Origin: Octopus sinensis
Taxonomy: Eukaryota
Assembly (NCBI RefSeq): GCF_006345805.1
Contig: NC_043006.1
Coordinates: 101,990,001 to 102,054,000, forward strand
Reading direction: 5' to 3'
Length of the DNA: 64,000 bases
The translations under genes were made by a program, and so were the position numbers. A model generated the notes under the pieces. That model had not been told where the DNA came from, searched no databases, and saw only the letters and a list, made by a program, of their open reading frames with translations. The first letter of the stretch is position 1; each line of letters opens with the position of its first letter. Positions 24,509 to 36,069 of the stretch are shown here, piece by piece.

Positions 24509-25054
24509 TCTATATATATGTTTAATTATGTCTTGCAACAAAAGATTGTGAAAAGCAGGAAAGTTGAATCAGACAAATATTAATGTAATTGAATATTGAA
24601 ATCAATTATTTACCCAAAACTATTATATTCGACATGATTTGAGCTTTGTTAATTCATGCATTCAAAAGAAAATTCTTGTAAATTTTGCAGAAATATGTCA
24701 TACATTTATTTTTTATATTTAATATATAATGACAAAAATTTAATATATGAAAGTGACAAAACCACAAGAAGAAATGATGGTTGAAGAGGTGTGGAGAATG
24801 GTTGGATGTAATTCTATTTGTTTTTGCTCTAGTAATGGCTATTATCTCTACTTTTTTCTTGTTTTTATCATGTTATTGTCTTGAACTAATGAATAGAAAT
24901 AGGAGACACAGACAGACAAAAAAAAAAAAAAGAAAGAGCATGACATTCAGAATGTAAAAGTAAAACCATCAAGAAATATGCAAATAATTCTTTATTAACA
25001 ATGTATTTCAAAGAGAATTTAACGATAAATAATATTTTGGCAAAAGATCAGAAA

Positions 25055-25122
25055 AATTCTGATGGGACTTGAATCATGCATCTTCTGTGACCTAGACAGA
25101 TATGCTACCACTTACACTAAAG
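25055..25122 (-). pseudogene. tRNA-like remnant (SINE head or tRNA pseudogene)
   Basis: Reverse complement TAGTGTAAGTGGTAGCA...GATTCAAGTCCC; stems degenerate. Confidence 0.3.
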
Positions 25123-27712
25123 CAGTGGTTCCCAAACTTTTTCAGACTGTCACCCCCTTGACACCCAGGCCACATTCTTAGCATCCTACCACCAACACAA
25201 GCCACTTTCAGCATCATATTCAAAGCATTTGTATTTCACAAATAAAACTTAATTATCCATTATTTTATTGTTTTTATATTTATCAACCCCAATTTTCTTC
25301 AGCAACCTCTCAACCCCTGGATTTTTCCACTGCCCCCCAGTGGGCCAGTACTGTCCTTTGGAAACCTCATCAGGAAAGCAACCTTCTAGCTTTCCAACGT
25401 TGAGAAATCTAACTGTTTAACTGTTTGTTAATTCTGATTCAGCAAGTGGGTATACAATAACATTTTATCTATGACTGCTTCATTTTTCCTTCAAGACTAC
25501 ATTATACAGTGTGTCTGATAAGATTTTTCAGAGCAGGAGATATTGCTACTATTTCTAACAGGTCTTACTACAACATAGAAACCTTTTCTTCGACTTGTTG
25601 GCAAGAGGTTTATTTACTTAATTGCTAAGATCTTTGGAAACATTGTGACAGAATAAATTAAGTGCAATCTACTTCTCAACTCATCTATTGGTTGATTTAT
25701 TGATAGAATGATTTTTCTATGGTTTATTCTACTACTAGCAATGTTCATAGAGTAGACAGAGAGATGGGGAAGAGTATTTTTTGCATAGTAAGAGAGGAAA
25801 GATGAAATTCAGCTTGATAATTAAGTACACATGTTTGTATATATGTATGCATACACACACACACACATTTGTGCATGCATGTATGTATCATTGTCATTGG
25901 TGGTGGTGGTGACAGCAGCGAAGAGGAGGAGGAGGAGTAAAAGAATATATATATATATGGTGGTGGGTATATATACACTCATACATATACATGCACACAA
26001 TCATATACATGTATTATATGAAATGTATATGTATATAGATCTGTATCCACACACACATGCCCAGCTTATAGATATTATGTGCAATATTCAAAGGCTTGAA
26101 ACATATGTATACATACCTTATTCAACAAATGCTTTGACCAATTCACACTCTGTTGTTCATTTTTGCAGGGCATCAACTAACTCTTTCTTTATCATATAAG
26201 ACTTGTGCTTGATCTACCTATCAGTGGAATCTGCTGCCTTGAACTGCTCAATGATAGCTGTCATCCACTTGTGGGTTTAGTTGAGGATATGCAACCTCTC
26301 TGTTACTGTTGCCACATTAAATGCCTCTAGGAGACTGTAAAGTCATTGGTATTAGGAAGGGCAAATCAGAAATAGAAGCCAAATCAAAAATAAAATATAT
26401 TAGCAAGACATGGTCCTTTGATCTCAAAGGTGGTATATTTGGAAATTGACAGTATCTACCAGTTCAGGCATTGAAAGTCTTATGTGACTTATCTTACCTC
26501 TCTCTTTGGTATTCAAGAGAGTAGAGATTCAGGAAGTATTTGATGCTTTTCTTTCTTTTCATTTTTTTCAAGAACATTTAAAATTGGCTTCTACCATTTC
26601 TATCATCAATTGGAAGAGTTTGGCAGGTAGTACAAACTTAGACCTTTACGTTTTGTTAAAGATAGTATTTTCATACCTAGATGGCTCCTTCCTCTAACTA
26701 AGCAACTAAGCAATAGAATAAAACTTCTTTAGTGCTAGATAACAATAAATTAACTTCTACACTGGGGTACTCCTTTATATCTGTCTAGGTCTTTCCCCAC
26801 CCACAAAAAACCCCACTAAATGCATGATGCAGATTGCTAGACCAGAATGTTCACTCTCTTTTACCTTCAGCTTTGTTTCTCACGATAAGGTTTTGTTCAT
26901 AATTTGCTGTCGTGCTCCAATGTCTTGAAGAGTTCTTTGTGTCATCATTTTCTCCTTTTCTCTCAACCAACGTACAATCAGAAATTATTGGTAGGCAGGA
27001 AAAAAAAGGTGGAATGACTATGTCTGCATTAAGAACATTAATGCAGTCAGGTAAAATAGTATCAGCCAATCGTTTTCAGTATTCATTTGAGATTCACTTC
27101 TTACTATTAGAAGTCGTCATGGTTGAGTGGTTCAGAAGTTTGCTTTACAATCCTGTGATCCTGCATCTCCACTGTGTGGTATCTTGGGCAAGTGCTGATT
27201 ACTATGGCTGCAGATAGATCAGTTGATTGGTAGAAAATGTGTGGATGCCTGTTGGATTGTATTTGTAATTTAAAGGACTAACTTTGTCTCACAGTGTCAC
27301 AATTAAGAATACACATCTGTGGAATATTCAGCTGCGTGCACGCAATGTAATCCTTTCTACTATGGGCACAAGGCCTAAAAAATTTGGAGGGGAGGGGGCC
27401 AGTCGATTTGATCGACCCAGAATGCAACTGGTACTTAATTTATCAACCCCGAAAGTATGAAAGGCAAAGTCACAGAATTTGAACTCAGAACATAGTGACA
27501 GGTAAAATACCACTAAGCACTTCGTCTGACACACTAACGTTTCTGCCAGCTCACCGCCTTATTGCACATAATAATGAATAGGTAACTCAGTTGATTGAAC
27601 TATTGGAATATTGATTCTCTAGACAGATGGAGATCCATTTACTTTACTTTCGTACTGCACAATAGTCCATGAAACAATCAACTAATGAAATATTTGCTAA
27701 TTCTACAATGCT

Positions 27713-27939
27713 TTAACCCTTACATTACTGTATTTATTTTGAGATGCTCTCTGTTTCTTTCAATTACTTTAAATATAATAAAGAATTTAGTCAAATAACT
27801 TAGTTATCATTCAGCTAGTGTTAGGAACATAAATTGTGACTAAGGTTTGGTGGAAAATTTTAATTCAAAACTTATGAACCAAGACATTTGTACTCAGTAC
27901 CAGAGCTGGTTTCAGCCGAGTTGGTAACGAAAGGGTTAA
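27713..27939. mobile_element. Second piggyBac-like MITE family
   Basis: TTAACCCTTACATTAC...GTAACGAAAGGGTTAA; different interior. Confidence 0.75.
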
Positions 27940-28889
27940 TTACTTCTGGAAGTGACCAGTCCAGCCCCGACAATGTTCATAATGTAATTAGTTAAGTAAG
28001 TGTTAAGTGTCGTTACCAGATGCTGTGTAGCCTCAGTTGTAGAATGCAATGAAATTATTGACATGTCTCTAGCAAGTTGTAAATTTCACACCTCAATATT
28101 TACATTTTATATGGAAATTTAACTTGTTTAACAAGACTAACTTCTTGTTGAACAGTTCCTCCCATCTCTTTATTCCATTCTACAGGAAATCTTGAAGTAA
28201 TTATTAATCTTAGGTGCAAGTGAAGTTTGTGTAAGTTTAATTTTGTTTTATTTTATTTATTTTTTAATGAGAAAAGTAGCTCTTCAGGCAATATTTTATT
28301 TATGTTCCTAAATCAGAGTTCCTTTAGTTATATAGGTAATCAATATGGGAATACACAGAAGTGGGGTGTCTCTTATTTGCTTAAAGATATGGAAATTGAA
28401 GTTATGCTTTCTCTTTATTTATATTTTTAAACACTACCTTCTTACTGCTCAAGTTACCAAAAATATCAAAGAGAATTCTCTTCCCTTAACACAGTAATTT
28501 ATTTTCTGTTTATTCAGCTTTTGTTGTTGTTTATTTTGTTTGATGTCTATGTTATTTATTTTGCTTTATTTCTCTTGTGGGGAGAAACTTTGTTTTCAAT
28601 ATTATCTGTAGCCAATGGTATTTTACATCTTAATCCACCAGGGAAATTTAAAGATCAATGTAACTTTGTAAAATGGATTTCTAAATATTCTCCCTAACAT
28701 GGACACAGGAAACTTGTGAGGACAGAGCAAATTAGCATCAGCTTTAATTTCTTTTAAACTTTTCTAATTCAGTTGCTGCTGATGGGATACATAATTATTT
28801 CCTTATAGCTCTGTTAGCCTCAGTTCCTGCTATTAGAAAGTTAACACTTTCAAGTTTGTAACCTATTATGAATTCTCTTTTAACTCTTT

Positions 28890-29125
28890 TGACCTGTAGT
28901 TGCTGGAAATATTGGATATGATCTATCCACTATAAGTTTTATATTTTCTGAAGGATACAAGCTGAGGCTCAAATTGATCAGGGCATTTATATCAGCTATA
29001 AAACATCTCCAACAAATGACTACATCATGTATATCAAATAAAGAAATGCTAGCATTATCTTCAATAGTTGATCCAAATATTTCTGATGCACCAATTTCCA
29101 TAAGTAGATTCCCATTTAATTCCTT
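28890..29125 (-). mobile_element. Ancient RTE-like remnant (post-RT region); a related downstream piece at 26870-27050 (-)
   Basis: ELNGNLLMEIGASEIFGSTIEDNAS resembles xLNGxxLExVxxFxYLGSxI; WLREKEKMMTQR...IMNKTL resembles WxLxxxEExKLxVTQRxMLR..IxNxxL. Confidence 0.5.
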
Positions 29126-29166
29126 CAAATACAAGAAAGTCATATGTATTTGGTTTTCACTTCAGC

Positions 29167-29169
<3 letters not shown>

Positions 29170-29207
<38 letters not shown>

Positions 29208-29220
29208 CATCATCATTATT

Positions 29221-29288
<68 letters not shown>

Positions 29289-29301
29289 CATCATCATTAT
29301 T

Positions 29302-29339
<38 letters not shown>

Positions 29340-29375
29340 TATTATTATTATTATTATTGTTATTATTATTATTTT
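29170..29375. repeat. Compound (TAT)n/(CAT)n microsatellite with duplicated higher-order block
   Basis: Pattern (TAT)n(CAT)3(TAT)2(CAT)n occurs twice. Confidence 0.95.
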
Positions 29376-31911
29376 AGTATCTTTAAGCTCTTTCATCACA
29401 TATCCTATGACCTCATCATCAACTCTCTATCCCAAGAAAGTTATAATTATCTTATTAACATTATTATCCATCTCCTATATATCAACATCTACCATTCTAT
29501 CTCTCTCTCTCTCTCTCCCCCCCCCCCTCTCATATGTCAGCAGGCATTTCTAAATCTTCTTCAGTGAAGCTTTTTCATCTCTGTATTTTCTTTATAAAGA
29601 ATCTGTTATAATTTTATCATTAATTTTGGGTAATTTTAATGATTCTTGCTACTTTCATCATTATTATCATCATCTTTTAACATCCATTATTCATGCTGGC
29701 ATGGGTTAGATGATTTGACAGGATCTGACAAACCAGAGAGCTACACCAAGCTCTATTGTCTGCTTTGGTGTGGATTCTATGGCTTGATGCTTTCCCTAAC
29801 ACCAACCACTTTGCAGAGTGTTTTGAGTGATTTTTACATGGCACCAGCACCGGCCATCAAGTACCTTGCAAGGAAAAAAAAACCCTGACTAGGAGGGGGA
29901 ATAGTAGTAGAAGGGGGTGACTTTATGGCAATTGAGAGGTTAAATTGTCACAGAAGGATAGAAATAGGTGTCTTACTATAAGAAAAGATACTTGGCTCCC
30001 ACAGATGGAAAAAAAGGAGAAAAAAGAGATAGTCAGAGGGATAGAAAGAAAGAAAGAAAGAAAGGAAGGAAGGAAGGAAGTAAGGAAGCATGGAAGACTT
30101 TGGTTAATGAAATCAGCATAAGTCTCTGGAGTAATCATGATATCAAACTTTACTGCAGACATCATTCTATTCCTGGTCAAGTTACTTGATTCTATTTTAG
30201 TTTGCCTGCCTCACAAAAAAAAAGCTCCACTTTCACTTCACAATTACCTTGTTTGAAGCAGGATGGGCATCCATATAGCCATGCAGTTCCAATGGAAACC
30301 ATATCATTCATTCTTAACCATATAGCCATGCAGTTCCCAATTCTTCCCATACAAACCATACTGCCCTTTGTACCATGAAAAAAAAGAGTCAAATATAAAA
30401 TTGTGATGCATATATATGTGTATCATTCATTTAAAAATTGCTACAAAATAAATTATTTTACCAAAACTTTCTCTGTAACTTTCACTTATTTATCATGATT
30501 CCTTATATGTAGTTAGCAGAGAATGACTGCTTAAATTGTATTTACCTCCTGCCTATTTATGGAAGTGATTGGCAATTTTTTTTCCATACCCAAAAGTACA
30601 CTAAAATGCTTTCAAGCTGTTATTACAAAATTTATTCATTCATTATTTAAGCATTGATTCAGAAATATTTAACTTCCAAACTTTTCTCTATTACTTGCAG
30701 ACTATTATGTTTTTTTGTAAAGAATTTTTTTAACTTATATATATTTTGTTTTTTCACTCCAGATATTTCCCCCTGCATTCACGAGTGAAAAATATATCCA
30801 TTCATCTAGTACAACATTTTACAACCTTCACTTGTGGTTTATTGACTTGACAAGAAATTGAATTCTCAAATAGTAGGTTAGAAAAAAGAGGTGTGGAAGT
30901 AAAACAGAAAACATTATAAAAGAAGGAATTAATGAAAAGAAAGATTCTTGTTTTATTTTGATTTTTATATAAAGAGTAAAATATTGATAAAACCAGTATA
31001 TGAAGAGCTACAGTAAACATAAATACATTAAATATCCAGCTTAAATGTAAAACCAAAATAATTGCTATAAATACATAGCTGTCCCTTTTAACTTGTAGTT
31101 CTGATATAATAAACATCAAATCAAATGAAAATGACAGAGAAGCAAAAGGGTGAAAAAAAATAAAATATATATATATTATGAATTTATTACCCTGGAACTT
31201 GTCCTAGATGAATATACCTTGCCATGCGTTCAGAAAATAATTATTTTCTGAGGAGAAAATATAGCTTATTGGAAAATAATTTAAAGCAGACTTAAAAGAA
31301 GCCTTTGAAGGATATAAGGATAGATTTGCCAAAGTAATGAGAATGTTAAATAAATAATTAAATATAGCTCGTTGCTGATTTATTTTTAAAATATATAATT
31401 TTATGGGTAAATTATGATTGTATGATTAATGTACTATTGTGACAGCATTTTTCCTCTTGGTGTGTCAGTGTTGGACAGAGTTAGATACATAGAGTAAAAC
31501 TCTTCATAGTTGACAGATTACTTCTGGAGAAGTATTTTATTGAGCATTAACACCAGCCACTTGACGTCACAGCTGCTAATGACAGGAATAGTAAGCACTG
31601 AAATCGTATTTATTTACGAGTGCTGCTAGATGGAATTAGGTATTATAAATGAGAACATTGAGACTACTTTGTAACATTTTGTCGATATTTAACCTCTCGT
31701 TTTGTGTATTAATCTTAAGACCTATGACAGCTAAACTGCCAAACTTTTAGATAAATTTTTATCTCCTATATTTAGCAATATTTGCTGAGAGAAGACTAAC
31801 TTTTATCTAATCTGTTTATGAACTTCCATTCACAACAATACATCAGCTTGTATAAAGCCTCCTTAGGTGATTTCTACACCGAGATTGGGTTAGTTATTAA
31901 CCCCCACCTCC

Positions 31912-31943
<32 letters not shown>

Positions 31944-32409
31944 GAAACAGACCGGTGATTGGATAATTTATCTAAAATAGTCTCTAAAGTTCTGTAAATG
32001 GGTTTTATGGCCAGATATAAGTTCCAAGCTTATTATTCATGATTTGAAATAGAACATGTGCTTATTAGCAGACATTTGAATGAATGAATGAATGTATGTA
32101 TATCTGTGTGTATATGTGTGTGTATGTAGAGTAGTATACTCACATATTGTTCTATAACTCCTACAGTGTGTATCCACTGGAAATTGAATGAAGGATACTT
32201 ATATCATGTATTTACACATAAAGGGGTCAGCACTAAAATCTCTTCTGTAATTACATATGTTTTGGTGCAGTTAATATTCTAGTACAAGGTAACGTTACCA
32301 AATGTTTATGCAACTGAAACTAGTATGTAATATGTTGTTAATCACAGGTAACTGGACAAATCTTTCAGAACTTATGAAGCAAACAATTGTAGTCAAGACA
32401 CACCAGAGT

Positions 32410-32415
32410 ATGCAC

Positions 32416-32446
<31 letters not shown>

Positions 32447-32860
32447 TGTATGTATGTATGTATGTATGCATGTATGCATGTATGTATGTATGTATGTATG
32501 TATGTATGTATGTATTCATGTATGTATGTATGTATGCATGCATGCATGCATGCATGCATGTATGTATGTATTTATTTGTTTATGTATGTATGCATGCATG
32601 CATGCATGTATGTATGTATATATGTATGTATGTATTTATGTATGTATGTATGCATGCATGCATGCATGTATGTATGTATATATGTATGTATGTATTTATG
32701 TATGTATGTATGTATGCATGCATGCATGCATGTATGTATGTATGTATGCATGTATGTATGTATGTATGTATGTATGTATGCATGCATGCATGCATGCATG
32801 CATGTATGTATGTATGTATGTATGTATGTGTATGTATGTATGTATGTATGTATGCATGCC
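32410..32860. repeat. Compound (ATGT)n/(ATGC)n tetranucleotide array
   Basis: About 450 bp, internal ~60-bp duplicated blocks; source of many spurious ORFs. Confidence 0.95.
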
Positions 32861-33984
32861 TTTCTCTCTGTGAATATCTGTGCTTCTCCGAAGAGTTTTA
32901 ATAAGACTTAACATGATTGGAATTGTCATCATTATCTGCCAAGAACGCTCTATTTCTCCCTTGCCATATTAACTATTTCCACCAGTAAACGGCTGACTGG
33001 AACTTAAGTGCATCAACCTATCATCATCATCATCATCATCATCATTATTAAGATGGTAAGATGGCAGAATAATTAGCATGCAGGGCAAAATGATTAGCAG
33101 CATTTCATCCATCCTTACATTCTGGGTTCAAATTCTACTGTGGTTGACTTTGTCTTTCATCCTCTGGGGTTGATAAAATAAGTATAGAAAAATATTTTAG
33201 ATCTCAAGGGCCCCCAGCAGTGGGGCATATGCCCCATGTTGGGAATCACTGATCAAGAGCAAGTGATCCTAGAAGATCTTAGCCCTCTCATCTCATCATG
33301 TAGCTATACATGCGTATCACAGGAGTTGAAATCAACATAGCAATCTCTTGAAATACCCCCTACTATTGCTTAAATAGGGAAGCTATAACTCACCAGTAGG
33401 ATTTAATCACATCTAGGCTAATTGTTAATTTAGGCCATGGAGAATTAAACCTCTTGGCCATGGACACACTATAGTCTTGGTGACAAGACACACACCGTTA
33501 GCATTATAACACCATCAACTTAGCCGTTGAAGAACAATATATATAAAATTAAATAGTCTCCTTGCCAACTTATTCAGGCATTCATACATAGCTTTCTGAC
33601 AGATTTTATTCTTTTGTCAGACCACTGATCTATCATAACATTAATTTTGTCAAATTGACTTGAGCTGAAAGAGTCTACTTAACTTCAATTATTCTGCAGT
33701 TTTTATCATTATATACTATATATAAATTGTCTTTTAACACCTGTATACTTCAAACTATGTTTTCTAAGACTAACTAATTTACTACCAATCTATAACTAAT
33801 TCGTTTTATCTCTATTTTCTTCTCACACTCCTCTTCTTTTTATATCTTCATTTGCGCATATGTCTCTGTGCATAAGATTATAAGTGTATCATATCACCAT
33901 CGTCATCGTATGTCCTCCACTTTCTATGTTAGTTTCTCTCTGCCTCTCTCTCCCTTTCTCTATACATATATATGTAGGTGGCAC

Positions 33985-34282
33985 ATAAAAAAAAAACATT
34001 CAAGCAAGGTCGTTGCCAGTGCCGCTGTGCAGGTGGAACATAAAAAACACCATTTGAGTGTGGCTGATGCCAGTACAACCTGACTGGCCCTCATGCGAGT
34101 GGCATGTAAAAAGCACCCACTACACTCTCAGAGTGGTTGGCATTAAGAAAGGCATCCAGCTGTAGAAACTCTGCCAGATTAGATTGGAGTCTGGTGCAGC
34201 CTTCTGGTTCGCCAGACCTCAGTCAAATCGCCCAACCCATGCTAGCATGGAAGGTGGACGTTAAACGATGATGAAGATGATA
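33985..34282 (+). mobile_element. RTE 3' UTR/tail-only copy
   Basis: CACCCACTACACTCTC..GGCATCCAGCTGTAGAAAC..CCATGCTAGCATGG..(GAT)n. Confidence 0.85.
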
Positions 34283-34465
34283 CATATATATAATACACAC
34301 ACACACACACATATATATATACATGTTTATATATATGTATATATATATATGTAGATATATATATGTTTTATATATATATATGTAGATACATATATGTACA
34401 TATATATATGTACATATATATATATGTTCATATGTATATATTTTATATATGTTGATATGTATATA

Positions 34466-35715
34466 TCATCATCATCATTGTTTAACGTCCGTTTTCCATG
34501 CTAGCATGGGTTGGATGGTTTGACCGGGGTCTGGGAAGCCAGGAGGCTGCGCCAGGCTCCAGTCTGATCTGGCAGAGGTTCTACAGCTGGATGCCCTTCC
34601 TAACGCCAACCATTCGAAGAGCCTTAGAATCAACCTAGCTAAAACGAAAGTCCTAATAACTAGGAAGGCAGGCGAACCACAAATCCCTTCAGGTAGATGG
34701 CCCTGCTCGATCTGTAGAAAAGGCGTAGGTAGAAACTCTATAAGATATACCTGGTGTAAACTATGGACATATAAGAGGTGCAGCAATATCAAAGGAAGGC
34801 TAACTGGGAAGATAGTTTTTGTATGTGGCAGATGCTCAGGAGCAATAAACACTGAAAATGTGCAGAGACCAACTTCCGCCACTTTCCAGGGGGAAAAACT
34901 AGAAGTAGTTGATAGCTTCCGTTACCTAGGTGACCAAGTCAGTAGCATGGGCGGGGGGGGGGGGTGCACTGAAAGTGAAGCTGCTAGAATAAGAATAGCC
35001 TGGGCAAAGTTCAGAGATCTCTTACCTCTGCTGATGACATAGGGCCTCTCGTTCAGAGTGAAAGGTAGACTGTATGACGCATGTGTACAAACAGCCATGC
35101 TACATGGCAGTGAAACATGGGCCGTGACTACTGAAGACATGCATAAACTCACAAGGAATGAAGCCAGTATGATCCGATGGATGTGTAATGTCAGTGTGCA
35201 TACTCAACAGAGTGTAAGTGCCTTGAGAGAAAAGTTGGACCTAAGAATCATCAGATGTGGTGTGGAAGAGAGACAACTGCACTGGTATGGTCATTTAGTG
35301 AGAATGGATGTGAAAAAGTGCCACACCCTAGCAGTTGAGGGAATCTGTGGAAGAGGTAGACCCAGGAAGACCTGGGATGAGGTGGTGAAGCACGACCTTT
35401 GAACATTAGGCCTCACCGAGGCAATGATTAGTGACCGAGACTTTTGGAAATATGCTGTGCTTGAGAAGACCCAGCAAGCCAAGTGAGGCCATAACCTTGT
35501 GGCCTATGCCAGGGGTGTAACCAGCCCACTGATGCATACCTTTCGTTCATTGGACATTAAACTCTGCTTGCGAAGACCTGTTCAGGCAAGTGAAATCAAA
35601 TTCGATAACTGGGATCCATTCTAGTGGAGTGCTAAGAGCACCACCCAAGCATGATCATTGCCAGAGCAGCTAACTAGCTTCCGTACCGGTGGCACGTAAG
35701 AGGCACCATTTGATA
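34466..35715. mobile_element. RTE-family LINE copy with 5' inversion: 3' tail on - strand (34466-34617) fused to PHD/C-terminal/3' UTR segment on + strand (34618-35715)
   Basis: Reverse-complement tail with (CAT)n is joined directly to AGAGCCTTAGAATCAACCTAGC (LRINLAKTKVL...WPCSICRKG); degraded frames at 34860-35402. Confidence 0.85.
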
Positions 35716-35772
35716 GTATATAATATGTAATATAATATAATATATAGCATATAATATATAATATTATATATA

Positions 35773-36040
35773 TCACCTTGGCCAACCAATCCGTCGGGCG
35801 TCCATCTGACACCACTGGTCACAGCACGCTGTCCACTCCTCTCTGGATTGCGCCTTTCTTATCTACGTGATCCCAATCGTCCTCCTGAAATCGTAACTTC
35901 ACCATCGTGGAGGCCTTCCGAGTGGTCATTTCCGCTTGCGCAGGTACCACTCGACAACTGCATGGGTCCACCGACTATCAGTGAGCTGGGCGACGTGTCC
36001 AGCCCATCTAAACTTACTGCGTGTATATTCTGTGATGACA
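35773..36040 (-). mobile_element. 3' fragment of a second, distinct RTE-like LINE family
   Basis: Minus-strand translation VITEYTRSKFRWAGHVAQLTDSRWTHAVVEWYLRKRK*PLGRPPRW, a typical RTE-group C-terminus; related to 53713-53880. Confidence 0.8.
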
Positions 36041-36069
36041 TATATAATATTATATATATATATATATAT

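Noticed and set aside
28974-29567. 197-aa His/Tyr-rich ORF
   Set aside because: Poly-His/Tyr comes from (CAT)/(TAT)n, and the first part is antisense to a LINE remnant.
32295-32932. ORFs up to 199 aa rich in M/Y/V/C/H
   Set aside because: Translation of tetranucleotide microsatellite; the same applies to ORFs at 22878-23585, 47533-47925 and 48525-49023.
35848-36069. N-terminal ~74 codons of the 822-aa ORF
   Set aside because: Chance read-through of the antisense of another LINE fragment plus a (TA)n tract (IYNIIYIYIY); real homology starts at 36070.
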